This document shows, in pieces, positions 1-8,257 of a stretch of DNA of 64,000 nucleotides. Below the pieces are notes generated by a model. The model made no database searches and had not been told where the DNA came from. It was given only the letters and a program-made list of their open reading frames with translations. Source of the stretch: a virus; IMG/VR virus record IMGVR_UViG_3300034139_000007, positions 16,821 to 80,820 of that record. The stretch is one strand, 5' to 3'. Made by a program: the position numbers and the translations under genes. How positions within the stretch are numbered: position 1 is the first letter of the stretch; every line of letters begins with the position of its first letter.

Positions 1-66
1 AGCGTCAGGTCTTGCGTCTTGAAACCCAGCTGGCCAGATTTCTGACCACTCACCAGGAGAATACCC

Positions 67-300
67 ATGGTCGCGAAGCCGACACTCAAGGAACTGACGG
101 CCCAAGTGGCCGAGCGGCAGCGGGAGGCGCTGGAGGAGACCCAGACTGGTCTAAGGGCACTGATGGCGTCTCTGAAGCCGCTGGATGAGGCTGGCATTCC
201 CAGCGTCGCCGGGGCCTACATCAACCGCATCATCTCGACCTGCCAGGTCTGGGACAGTGAGGCAGATGGCCTCATCGCCCAGGTCACGATCAAGGAATAA
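67..300 (+). CDS. hypothetical protein (last gene of upstream + strand operon)
   Basis: AGGAGA SD upstream of ATG 67; phage-like codon usage; followed directly by a terminator. Confidence 0.8.
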   Translation: MVAKPTLKELTAQVAERQREALEETQTGLRALMASLKPLDEAGIPSVAGAYINRIISTCQVWDSEADGLIAQVTIKE

Positions 301-302
301 GA

Positions 303-331
303 GAGGCCCGCTTCGGCGGGCCTTTTCTTTT
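303..331 (+). terminator. Rho-independent terminator
   Basis: GGCCCGC-TTCG-GCGGGCC hairpin followed by TTTTCTTTT. Confidence 0.9.
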
Positions 332-336
332 GCCGT

Positions 337-349
337 TATCCAGTAGACA
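337..349. promoter_or_regulatory. palindromic motif B (TRTCYASTRGAYA), copy 1
   Basis: TATCCAGTAGACA, intergenic, upstream of the lysis cassette; one of 8 copies. Confidence 0.7.
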
Positions 350-401
350 TTTTAAACACGCAACGCGGGCACTATCACCCGATCTATGGCATGGCTCTGA
401 A

Positions 402-581
402 ATGGCACGCAATAAAGCAATCATGGCTTGGGGTAACGAAGCCGACCGTCACAGGTTGGCGGCTATCGCCCGGTCCGAGCAGCAGAGCGGAAGCCAAGTC
501 CTTCTTACGTTCATCCAGACCCGCTACCGGGAGCTGTTTGGCGATCTCGACCCTTCGCTGACAGTGCCGAAGGACCAGTAG
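402..581 (+). CDS. putative ribbon-helix-helix DNA-binding protein
   Basis: MARNKAIMAWGNEADRHRLAAIARSEQQSGSQVLLTFIQTRY fits a beta-strand/helix/helix RHH pattern; start placed at ATG 402 rather than TTG 330. Confidence 0.5.
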   Translation: MARNKAIMAWGNEADRHRLAAIARSEQQSGSQVLLTFIQTRYRELFGDLDPSLTVPKDQ

Positions 582-582
582 C

Positions 583-948
583 GTGGAACCGACCGAAATG
601 CAGAATGTTATCCTGCCGCTGATCGATCGGTTGATCGCGCCGGTCGTCCAGCGTCTGGACCAAATGGACACCCGCCAACGGGAAGACGCCCAGCATCTGC
701 ACGCCAAGCTCGACGCGGTCGCCGCCGTCGGCCACCGGGTCCAGAACTTCGAGGGCACCGCACAGGACCTCAAGCATCGCCTCGAAGAGGTGGAGAACAA
801 CCAGATCGCTCAGGCCGCCAGCCTCGCGCGTACCCAAGGCCGTAACGACGTGATCGTGTGGGTCCTGGGCGTCATCGGCGGCCCGGTCGTAGTCGCCCTC
901 ACCCTGGCCGGGATCGCCAAGGTGTTCAACATATCGCTGGGAGTGTAA
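583..948 (+). CDS. holin-like / lysis-associated membrane protein
   Basis: coiled-coil N-terminus plus one C-terminal TM segment (VIVWVLGVIGGPVVVALTLAGIA); immediately upstream of the endolysin. Confidence 0.5.
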   Translation: MEPTEMQNVILPLIDRLIAPVVQRLDQMDTRQREDAQHLHAKLDAVAAVGHRVQNFEGTAQDLKHRLEEVENNQIAQAASLARTQGRNDVIVWVLGVIGGPVVVALTLAGIAKVFNISLGV

Positions 949-1038
949 GACCCCAGCGAACCGTAACCTCCAGGTCAGGCGATCTGCCTCACCCTTGGAA
1001 CAACACCAGCGCACGATCCAGCGCCTGGAGGCCCCCTC

Positions 1039-1911
1039 ATGAGCAAGCTCGCAAACATCCTTCCCCTCGTCCTGGCCCATGAAGGTGGCTTCTCGGACCA
1101 CCCCCGCGACCCGGGTGGTGCGACGATGAAGGGCGTGACACAGCGCGTCTACGACCACTACCGCGAGCTGAAGGGACTTGAGCCTCGCAGCGTGCGGCAC
1201 ATCACGACCCGCGAGCTGGAAGAGATCTACCAGAAGCAGTACTTCGACGCCGTCAAGGGCGACCAGCTCCCCGCTGGTCTCGACTACGCCGTGTTCGACT
1301 ACGCCGTGAACAGCGGACCTGGCCGGGCCGCCAAGGACCTCCAGCGCACGCTGGGCAGGGGTCTGAAGGTGGATGGCCAGATCGGCCTCGGCACCCTGGC
1401 CGTGATCCGTGAGGCCATGGCCGAGGACGAGGAAGGCCTGATCCAGAAGTACTGCGACCGTCGCCTGCGCTTCCTGCGCGGTCTGAAGACCTGGGACGTC
1501 TTCGGCAAGGGCTGGGGCCGTCGCGTCTTCGGCAACCACGAGGGCTTCCAGGAGACCGACAAGGGCGTGGTCGACTATGCCATCATGATGGCCCGCAAGG
1601 ATCTGGAGTTCCCGATCAAGGTCTCCGAGCTGCCGGTTGCCATCGGCGTCCGTGAAGGCGAAGAAGGCGGTCGCGGCACTGAGGCTGAGACTGCGGTCAC
1701 CAAGACGCCCGCCGGGATCGGCACGATCATTGCCGCGACCGGCGTCTCGGGTCAGACGATCATCGCTGCCGCCGAGCAGGTGAAGCCACATATCGGTGAC
1801 ACCCTGGTCGGCAAGCTGGCCCTCATCGCCTTCCTGGTGATGATGCTGGCCGGCGCTGGCCTGCTGGGTTACACCTTCTACCGTCGCATGAAGGAGAAGG
1901 GTGCCATCTGA
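1039..1911 (+). CDS. endolysin, glycoside hydrolase family 108, with C-terminal hydrophobic segments
   Basis: HEGGFSDHPRDPGGATMKGVT and FDYAVNSGP (GH108 signatures), DGQIG, FGKGWGRR (PG-binding-like); GGAGG SD. Confidence 0.9.
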   Translation: MSKLANILPLVLAHEGGFSDHPRDPGGATMKGVTQRVYDHYRELKGLEPRSVRHITTRELEEIYQKQYFDAVKGDQLPAGLDYAVFDYAVNSGPGRAAKDLQRTLGRGLKVDGQIGLGTLAVIREAMAEDEEGLIQKYCDRRLRFLRGLKTWDVFGKGWGRRVFGNHEGFQETDKGVVDYAIMMARKDLEFPIKVSELPVAIGVREGEEGGRGTEAETAVTKTPAGIGTIIAATGVSGQTIIAAAEQVKPHIGDTLVGKLALIAFLVMMLAGAGLLGYTFYRRMKEKGAI

Positions 1912-2339
1912 TGGCCAATCCGTGGATGATCCTGGGGGCGTCCCTGCTGCTTGCCGCAGCAGGGTCCGCTGCCGGTTACAAGGTCAGGGACTTCCAGGCC
2001 ACTGAGCGGCGGGCTGCATGCGCAGCAAGCATCAATGACCTGACCCTGAAGAACTGCCCGCAGGAGATCGTCACCGCATTCGACGCGGTGAAGGGCCAGC
2101 TGGCGATCACTCAAATCGAATACCGGGACCGGACGGTCACGGTCATGGCTCAAGGCAGCACCGAGGACCGGGCTGCTCGACGGGCGCTCTCGGACCAGAT
2201 CGCGGCTCTGAGCAACGTGGAGAAGACGTATGCGTGTGCTGCTAGTCCTGCTTTCGAGCTTCGCCGTAGCCAGCTGTGGGCCGATGCTGCAGCGGAGGGT
2301 GTCTATCCCGGACCCAGTGGGGCCGACGAAGCTCCCTAG
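1911..2339 (+). CDS. i-spanin (Rz-like)
   Basis: N-terminal TM anchor, helical periplasmic domain, follows endolysin, overlapped by a lipoprotein ORF. Confidence 0.7.
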   Translation: MANPWMILGASLLLAAAGSAAGYKVRDFQATERRAACAASINDLTLKNCPQEIVTAFDAVKGQLAITQIEYRDRTVTVMAQGSTEDRAARRALSDQIAALSNVEKTYACAASPAFELRRSQLWADAAAEGVYPGPSGADEAP

Positions 2340-2571
2340 CGAGCTGTTCGAGTGCGACGCCGAACCCCTTCCCGTAGCGGCGGGGGTCTCTGATCCTGTC
2401 GCTGCGGTCAATGAAACGGAGCGTACCGGTGCCGGACGCGATTGCCGACGGCAGCTCCGCAGGGTGTGTCTGACCCTGTCGGCCATTGATCAGGTAACAG
2501 GAGAATGCCCCGATGCGCGCAACTTCCGTCGGCCCGCCCAACCGTCTGCGCGAACCCCCATACAGGAGTAG
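2230..2571 (+). CDS. o-spanin (Rz1-like lipoprotein)
   Basis: MRVLLVLLSSFAVAS-C lipobox, Pro-rich, overlaps 3' end of the i-spanin in another frame. Confidence 0.75.
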   Translation: MRVLLVLLSSFAVASCGPMLQRRVSIPDPVGPTKLPSELFECDAEPLPVAAGVSDPVAAVNETERTGAGRDCRRQLRRVCLTLSAIDQVTGECPDARNFRRPAQPSARTPIQE

Positions 2572-2618
2572 CTAGAGCCCCTGAACTAGCTCATCGACCT
2601 ACGGGCCTCGGCGGATTT

Positions 2619-2631
2619 TATCTACTGGATA
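2619..2631. promoter_or_regulatory. palindromic motif B, copy 2
   Basis: TATCTACTGGATA between lysis cassette and fibre cassette. Confidence 0.7.
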
Positions 2632-2711
2632 ACATTCACCTTGTAGGCCTACTCCGGGGAAACGATATTCCAGCCTGACTGGCGTTCGCCCTTCTCCGGT
2701 CACTTCCGTGG

Positions 2712-2746
2712 AACCCCCCGTCCGTGCCCCCGGGCGGGGGGTTTTG
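2712..2746 (+). terminator. probable Rho-independent terminator
   Basis: CCCCCCGTCCG...CGGGCGGGGGG stem followed by TTTT. Confidence 0.6.
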
Positions 2747-2762
2747 CAAATGGACCAGAAGC

Positions 2763-3098
2763 ATGCCGATCAAGATTTTCCGCGGTGAGACCCTGACGAC
2801 TGCCATGGCGGCGACGGTCGGCGACATCACGGGTGCGACCATCGTAGCGACGATGAAGAAGGCGCGGGTCGCCAAGGTAGCCCCACCCGCCAGCACCCCC
2901 GTCGCCGCGACGCTCAACGCCACCCCTGTGGCCAACGTCGCCAACACCGGCAAGCCGGGGTGGCACCTCGAAATCCCCGCCGCACAGACCAACGGCCTCC
3001 CGCTCGGCGACTATGTCGCCCAGGCGAAGATCACGCTGCCCAGCGGCGTCGTGGACTACAGCCCCCTCATGGACATCCTGATCGAGGAGCGCATCTGA
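2763..3098 (+). CDS. putative virion structural protein (beta-rich, Ig/BppU-like), first gene of fibre cassette
   Basis: MPIKIFRGETL...TNGLPLGDYVAQAKITLP pattern resembles phage BppU-like N-terminal domains; TGATG coupling to next gene. Confidence 0.45.
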   Translation: MPIKIFRGETLTTAMAATVGDITGATIVATMKKARVAKVAPPASTPVAATLNATPVANVANTGKPGWHLEIPAAQTNGLPLGDYVAQAKITLPSGVVDYSPLMDILIEERI

Positions 3099-3316
3099 TG
3101 TTGGTGCTCCAGTGGGTCGAGCTGCCGAAGCTGGGCCTGGCTTGGGTCGGCCCAACTGCACCCGCCCCTTCAACGCCTCTAGGCACCCCACCGGCCATCA
3201 ACGTGGTGATCGGGGCACAGGGCCGAGACGGTCAACAAGGTCTCCGGGGGCCGCCCGGCGACGGCGCTGCCGACCCCGGTGACATCACTCTCATCTTCGA
3301 AAACCAACTGCTGTAA
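3098..3316 (+). CDS. short collagen-like (GXY) structural protein
   Basis: GAQGRDGQQGLRGPPGDG triplets; C-terminal DPGDITLIFENQLL. Confidence 0.6.
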   Translation: MLVLQWVELPKLGLAWVGPTAPAPSTPLGTPPAINVVIGAQGRDGQQGLRGPPGDGAADPGDITLIFENQLL

Positions 3317-3328
3317 GGAGCTACTTCC

Positions 3329-3853
3329 ATGTCATTTGCGACCCGTCTGTCGGACCTCGCCACTCGGGTTGCAACCGAGTGTAAGAGCCTGCGCACGCTG
3401 CTGAACGGCAACGCCGCCGACAACAGCGCCCTCATCACCACGGCCAAGTCCAACCTGGTCGCGGCCATCAACGAGGTGAAGACCCAGGCCAACTCCCTCG
3501 CCGCCTCTGGCGGGGCCACCATCAACGATGCGTCCAGCAACTCGACGACCCAGACCTACTCGATCAACAAGATCCTGCAGTCGCTGACCGATCTGAGTAC
3601 TTCCATCAAGAGCGAGATCCTGGGCGGGGTCGGCCTCGACGGCGACACCCTGGCTGAGCTGAAGGCCTTCATCGACAGCAGCGCGGGCGACATCACCGCC
3701 CTGGTGGCCAACCGTCTGCGCTTCGATGCTCCTCAGACGCTGACCACGCCCCAGAAGGTGCAGGTCAACGAGAATGCCGGGTCGCTGTCGCTCGTCCAGT
3801 CGGGCGATCCCGAGACCAACCTGGTCAACATCTTCCAGACCGGCCTGGCGTAA
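3329..3853 (+). CDS. fibre/filament-like virion protein
   Basis: AAGGAG SD; LITTAKSNLVAAINEV and DTLAEL motifs of phage fibre proteins. Confidence 0.6.
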   Translation: MSFATRLSDLATRVATECKSLRTLLNGNAADNSALITTAKSNLVAAINEVKTQANSLAASGGATINDASSNSTTQTYSINKILQSLTDLSTSIKSEILGGVGLDGDTLAELKAFIDSSAGDITALVANRLRFDAPQTLTTPQKVQVNENAGSLSLVQSGDPETNLVNIFQTGLA

Positions 3854-3856
3854 TCC

Positions 3857-4855
3857 ATGAGCCTGGCCAGCCGCCTCACCGATGTGGTCGGAGCGATCCG
3901 CGATAAGTTCAATACTATCGCGCCTCGCCTGCTGGCCAATGGCGGTAGCGTGGGCCAGGTCTACACCCACAACGGCAGCGGCCATGGCTGGGCCGCCCCG
4001 TCTGGCGGTGGAGGCGGCGGTGGATCTGCCTGTCAGGTAGACATTTTCGACACCCCTGGTTCGGGGCAGACCTGGACGAAGCCAGCTGGGGCCAAGTGGG
4101 TCGAAGTCACCCTTATCGCTGGCGGCGGCGGCGGCGGTTCGGGCCGCAAGGGTCCTGCAGGGACGGCACGTTCCGGTGGCGGCGGCGGTGCTGGTGGTGC
4201 TTGCCAAGTTGTCACTCTGTCGGCTGACGCGCTCGGTGCCACCGAGAACGTCACCGTGGGTGCCGGTGGCGCGGGCGGTGCCTCGCAGACGAACAACAAT
4301 GCCTCGGGGTCGAATGGTGGGTCGGGCGGGCTCAGTCGCTTCGCCAACATCTCCACCAACTCATCGTCGGCGGGCAACGCGGGTTCCGGTTCGGCAGCAG
4401 GGGCGGCGAACGCATCGACAGGCCACATCTTTAACGGCAGCAATGGTGGCGCGTCCAGCATTACGGCGAACGCCGCCAACGTCTCTCATCCGGGGACGCA
4501 AGCTGCGAGCGGAGGGGCTGGGGGAGGCTGTCTCTCAACAGCGAACGCCTCATTCGCTGGCGGCGGCGCTCTTGTCCCACTCATTCAGACCGGCGGAAAC
4601 TCCGCTGCAGGCGGCGCGGGGGGCACCGGAACAAATGGCGGCTCTATCGCCACCCGCACCCCTGGCATGCCCATCGGTGGCCAGGGTGGCGGCGGTGGCG
4701 GTTCAGGGGCGACTGTTAACGGCGGGACCGGCGGCGCTGGTCAGTGGCCTGGCGGTGGTGGCGGCGGCGGTGGTGCTGCTACCGATAGCCTTGGAAACTC
4801 TGGTGCTGGTGGAGCGGGCGCAGGTGGCGTCGTGATTGTGGTGACGTACTTCTGA
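3857..4855 (+). CDS. glycine-rich fibre/adhesin protein
   Basis: TWTKPAGAKWVEVTLIAGGGGGG...GGAGAGGVVIVVTY glycine-rich domain typical of phage fibre tips. Confidence 0.75.
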   Translation: MSLASRLTDVVGAIRDKFNTIAPRLLANGGSVGQVYTHNGSGHGWAAPSGGGGGGGSACQVDIFDTPGSGQTWTKPAGAKWVEVTLIAGGGGGGSGRKGPAGTARSGGGGGAGGACQVVTLSADALGATENVTVGAGGAGGASQTNNNASGSNGGSGGLSRFANISTNSSSAGNAGSGSAAGAANASTGHIFNGSNGGASSITANAANVSHPGTQAASGGAGGGCLSTANASFAGGGALVPLIQTGGNSAAGGAGGTGTNGGSIATRTPGMPIGGQGGGGGGSGATVNGGTGGAGQWPGGGGGGGGAATDSLGNSGAGGAGAGGVVIVVTYF

Positions 4856-5163
4856 TGAACAAGCTCTTCACGCAGGCCGCCTGCCTGACCGCCGAGATGA
4901 TCGGCAAGCCGATCACGTTCGTCATCAACGTCGCCATCATCCTGCTGTGGGCGGTGAGCGGTCCGCTCTTCCAGTTCAGCGACACCTGGCAGCTGGTGGT
5001 GAACACCGGCACCACAGTCTTCACCTACCTGATGTTGTTCCTGCTGCAGCACACTCAGAACCGCGACGGCAAGGCGCTCCAGACGAAGCTGGACGAGATC
5101 CTTCGGGCCATCCCGCAGGCCGACGATGGCTTGCGCGGCATCGAAAAAGACCCCAGAGCCTAA
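4855..5163 (+). CDS. low-affinity iron permease family protein (Fet4-like)
   Basis: WAVSGPLFQFSDTWQLVVNTGTTVFTYLMLFLLQHTQNRDGKALQTKLDEILRA matches the family signature as I recall it; TGATG coupling to upstream gene. Confidence 0.85.
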   Translation: MNKLFTQAACLTAEMIGKPITFVINVAIILLWAVSGPLFQFSDTWQLVVNTGTTVFTYLMLFLLQHTQNRDGKALQTKLDEILRAIPQADDGLRGIEKDPRA

Positions 5164-5211
5164 GCTCCGGGGCCTTCCCGTCGTCGACATCCCGCCCGGG
5201 GTGGGTGTCTA

Positions 5212-6342
5212 CTACTCCACCCGACGCTGAGCGTCAAACCGATCCCAGACAGCACCGTAGGTGCCGCCCGATGCGCCCTTGGAATACTCGGTGGCCCGAG
5301 CCTCGAAGAAGTTCGCGTGCTCCTGGCCGGAGAGCAGCGCCTGGAGCCACAGCAGCGGGTGCTCGGTGATACCGAACGGGTCGTCCAGCCCCAGCTGGCG
5401 CATGCGCCAGCCAGCGATGAAGCGGATGTACTGCTTGATGTCGTCGGCGGTCATACCCTCCACGGCACCCAGTTCGAAGGCCAGGTCGATGAAGGCGTCT
5501 TCCTGCTCGATCACCTTCAGGCAGGTCTTCAGGATGTCAGCCTTCACCAGCGGGGTCAGAGCGCCCGTCTCGTTGGCGAACTCGTGGAACAGGCGGATGA
5601 TCCCCTCGCAGTGGATGCTCTCGTCACGCACCGACCACGAGACGATCTGGCCCATGCCCTTCATCTTGTTGAAGCGCGGGAAGTTCATCAGCATGGCGAA
5701 GCTGGCGAACAGCTGCAGACCTTCAGCGAACCCGCCGAACATGGCCAGGGTGCGCAGGATGTTGGCGTCGGTGTCGACCGTGAAGGTGTCCCAGTGATCG
5801 ACCTTGGCCTTCATGGCCTCGTATTCAGCGAAGGCCGCGTACTCGCTGTCGGGCATGCCGACGGTCTCCAGGACCAGCGAGTAAGCGTCGATGTGGACCG
5901 GCTCCCGACCGGCGAAGCCGGACAGCATCATGCAGATCTCGGTTGGCTTGAACAGGCCACCGAGGCGGGTCATGTAGTTGTTGCTGACCTCCTCGTCGGA
6001 CTTCACGAACAGGCGGAAGATCTGCGTTAGCAGGTTTTTCTCACCCGGCGTCAGGTTGCGCTCCCAGTCCTTGACGTCCTCGCCCAGCGGCACCTCCTTG
6101 GGGAGCCAGTGGACTTCCTCATGCACCTTCCACAGGTCGTAGGCCCAGGGGTAGCGCATGGGCTTGAAGGGACCGGGGCGACGCAGGCTGACCGGGATCA
6201 GCTCGTGGATGGCCAGCAGGGCCTCCTGCTTCACGGCGGTCATGGTCGGCGAGCTTTCGCCAGCGATGTGCGGCATCACCACCGTATCGCGCACGGTGCC
6301 CTCGGGGACGAGATCGTAGTTGGGTGTGACGTCTACTGACAT
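5212..6342 (-). CDS. nrdB: ribonucleotide reductase class Ia beta subunit
   Basis: YPWAY, HWLPKEVPL, EPVHIDAYS, EGLQLFASF, WSVRDESIH, NFFEARATEY; start uncertain (6342 or 6243). Confidence 0.95.
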   Translation of the reverse strand: MSVDVTPNYDLVPEGTVRDTVVMPHIAGESSPTMTAVKQEALLAIHELIPVSLRRPGPFKPMRYPWAYDLWKVHEEVHWLPKEVPLGEDVKDWERNLTPGEKNLLTQIFRLFVKSDEEVSNNYMTRLGGLFKPTEICMMLSGFAGREPVHIDAYSLVLETVGMPDSEYAAFAEYEAMKAKVDHWDTFTVDTDANILRTLAMFGGFAEGLQLFASFAMLMNFPRFNKMKGMGQIVSWSVRDESIHCEGIIRLFHEFANETGALTPLVKADILKTCLKVIEQEDAFIDLAFELGAVEGMTADDIKQYIRFIAGWRMRQLGLDDPFGITEHPLLWLQALLSGQEHANFFEARATEYSKGASGGTYGAVWDRFDAQRRVE

Positions 6343-8165
6343 GCGAGGCACTCGTCGTACTGGGGTTGCTGATCAGGGGTGGCCATGGTTGGGACCGGGG
6401 TGGCATCAGACCCGGCGTGGGCGGCGCGCTTCGTCGAGCGGGAGCGCAGGTAGTAGAGCGACTTGGCACCGCGCTCCCATGCGGTGAAGTGCAGCATGTG
6501 CAGGTCCCACTTGTCCACGGTGCCTGGCAGGAAGATGTTCACCGACTGGCCCTGGCAGATGTAGGGCGTCCGGTCGATCATGTGTTCGACGACCCACCGC
6601 TGGTCCAGCTCGAAGCTGGTTCGGAACACCTTCTTCTGATCTTCGTTCAGGTAGTCGAGATGCTGAACCGATCCGTCGGCTTCCAGGATGCTATCCCACT
6701 GCTCCTGGAGCCAGCCCTTGCGATGGGCACCGAAGCCAGTGGGGGCAATCTGGGTCTTCCAGACCGACTTCAGGAGCGCGTCCAAGTACGGGTTCTTGAC
6801 CACGAACGAGCCGGAGAGGGTCTTATGAACGTAGATGTTCGAAGGGATAGGTTCGATACCCGCCGAGGTCCCACCGGCGATGATCGAGATCGACGCCGTC
6901 GGGGCGACGGCCAGTTTATGGCTGAACCGTTCCATCACCTGGTCATCAGCCGCATCCAGGCAGGGGCCGCGCTCGACCGCCAGCTTCTGGCTGGCCGCGT
7001 CAGCTTCGCGCCGTAGCATACGGAACATCCGCATGTTCCACGACTTGGCCATCGGTCCCTCGAAGGCCAGTCCCTGCTTCTGCAAGAACGAGTGGAAGCC
7101 CATCAGGCCCAGGCCGACCGAGCGTTCACGCTTGGCCGAGTAGACCGCTGCAGCCATGGCTGGCGGGGCGCGGGTGATGAAGTCCTCCAGGACGTTGTCC
7201 AGGAACCGCATGATGTCTTCGATGAAGTAGGGGTCGTCCTGCCACTCCAGGAAGGTCTCGGCGTTGACCGACGACAGGCAGCACACGGCTGTCCGGTCCG
7301 TGCCCAGGTGGTCCTTGCCGCTGTGCAGCAGGATCTCGGTGCATAGGTTCGACTGCTGGACCTTCAGGCCAACCTTGCGCTGGAACTCCGGCATGGCCTC
7401 GTTCGCCCGGTCCACGAAGACCAGATAGGGCTCGCCGGTCTGGAGGCGCGTGTCGAGGATCTTCTGCCACAGCGCGCGGGCATCCACGGTCTTCATGACC
7501 ATGCCGCTCTTGGGCGACGTCAGGGCGAAGCTGGTGCCATCACGGACCGCGACCATGAAGGCGTCGGTGATGTTCAGACCATGGTGCAGGTTAGGCGCAC
7601 GTCGGTTGGCATCCCCGGTCGGCTTCCTGATCTCCAGGAACTCTTCGACCTCGGGGTGGTGGATGTCGAGGTAGACGGCGGCAGAGCCCCGTCGCAAGGA
7701 CCCCTGCGCGATGGCCAGGGTCAGACTATCCATGACGCGGATGAAGGGAATGATGCCGGACGTCTGGCCCGCGCGCCCGACTTCCTCACCGATGGAGCGC
7801 ACACCGCCCCAGTAGGTGCCGATGCCGCCGCCGTTGGAGGCCAGCGCGATGTTCTCGTTCCAGATCGACTGGATGCCGTCGAGGCTGTCGCCAACGGCGT
7901 TCAGGAAGCAGGAGATGGGCAGGCCACGGTCGGCACCACCATTGGACAGGACCGGTGTGGCCGGCATGAACCAGAGCTTCGACATGTAGTCGTAGACGCG
8001 CTGGGCATGGGCCTCGTCATCGGAGAACGCAGCGGCGACGCGCGCGAACATGTCCTGATAGGTCTCACTGGGGAGCAGGTAGCGGTCGTCGAGGGTCTTC
8101 TTGCCGAATGCGGTGAGGAAGGCGTCGCGCTCCGGGCACAGGACGACAGCCGAGGGGTCGGTCAT
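6333..8165 (-). CDS. nrdA: ribonucleotide reductase class Ia alpha subunit (no ATP cone)
   Basis: PATPVLSN, LPISCF, QGSLRRG, QSNLCTEI, APTASIS, KSLYYLRS, C-terminal CLAC. Confidence 0.97.
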   Translation of the reverse strand: MTDPSAVVLCPERDAFLTAFGKKTLDDRYLLPSETYQDMFARVAAAFSDDEAHAQRVYDYMSKLWFMPATPVLSNGGADRGLPISCFLNAVGDSLDGIQSIWNENIALASNGGGIGTYWGGVRSIGEEVGRAGQTSGIIPFIRVMDSLTLAIAQGSLRRGSAAVYLDIHHPEVEEFLEIRKPTGDANRRAPNLHHGLNITDAFMVAVRDGTSFALTSPKSGMVMKTVDARALWQKILDTRLQTGEPYLVFVDRANEAMPEFQRKVGLKVQQSNLCTEILLHSGKDHLGTDRTAVCCLSSVNAETFLEWQDDPYFIEDIMRFLDNVLEDFITRAPPAMAAAVYSAKRERSVGLGLMGFHSFLQKQGLAFEGPMAKSWNMRMFRMLRREADAASQKLAVERGPCLDAADDQVMERFSHKLAVAPTASISIIAGGTSAGIEPIPSNIYVHKTLSGSFVVKNPYLDALLKSVWKTQIAPTGFGAHRKGWLQEQWDSILEADGSVQHLDYLNEDQKKVFRTSFELDQRWVVEHMIDRTPYICQGQSVNIFLPGTVDKWDLHMLHFTAWERGAKSLYYLRSRSTKRAAHAGSDATPVPTMATPDQQPQYDECLACQ

Positions 8166-8193
8166 GGGTAATCTCTCCAGGATGGGACGACGA

Positions 8194-8225
8194 CCCTAGC
8201 GGTCGTTGGTCGACGACCGCTAGGG
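8194..8225. other. stem-loop in nrdA leader
   Basis: CCCTAGCGGTCGT-TGGTCG-ACGACCGCTAGGG inverted repeat between motif B copy 3 and the nrdA SD. Confidence 0.6.
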
Positions 8226-8237
8226 GGCAAAAGCGAG

Positions 8238-8250
8238 TATCTACTGGACG
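8238..8250. promoter_or_regulatory. palindromic motif B, copy 3
   Basis: TATCTACTGGACG (1 mismatch) upstream of nrdA. Confidence 0.65.
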
Positions 8251-8257
8251 TTCTGAT

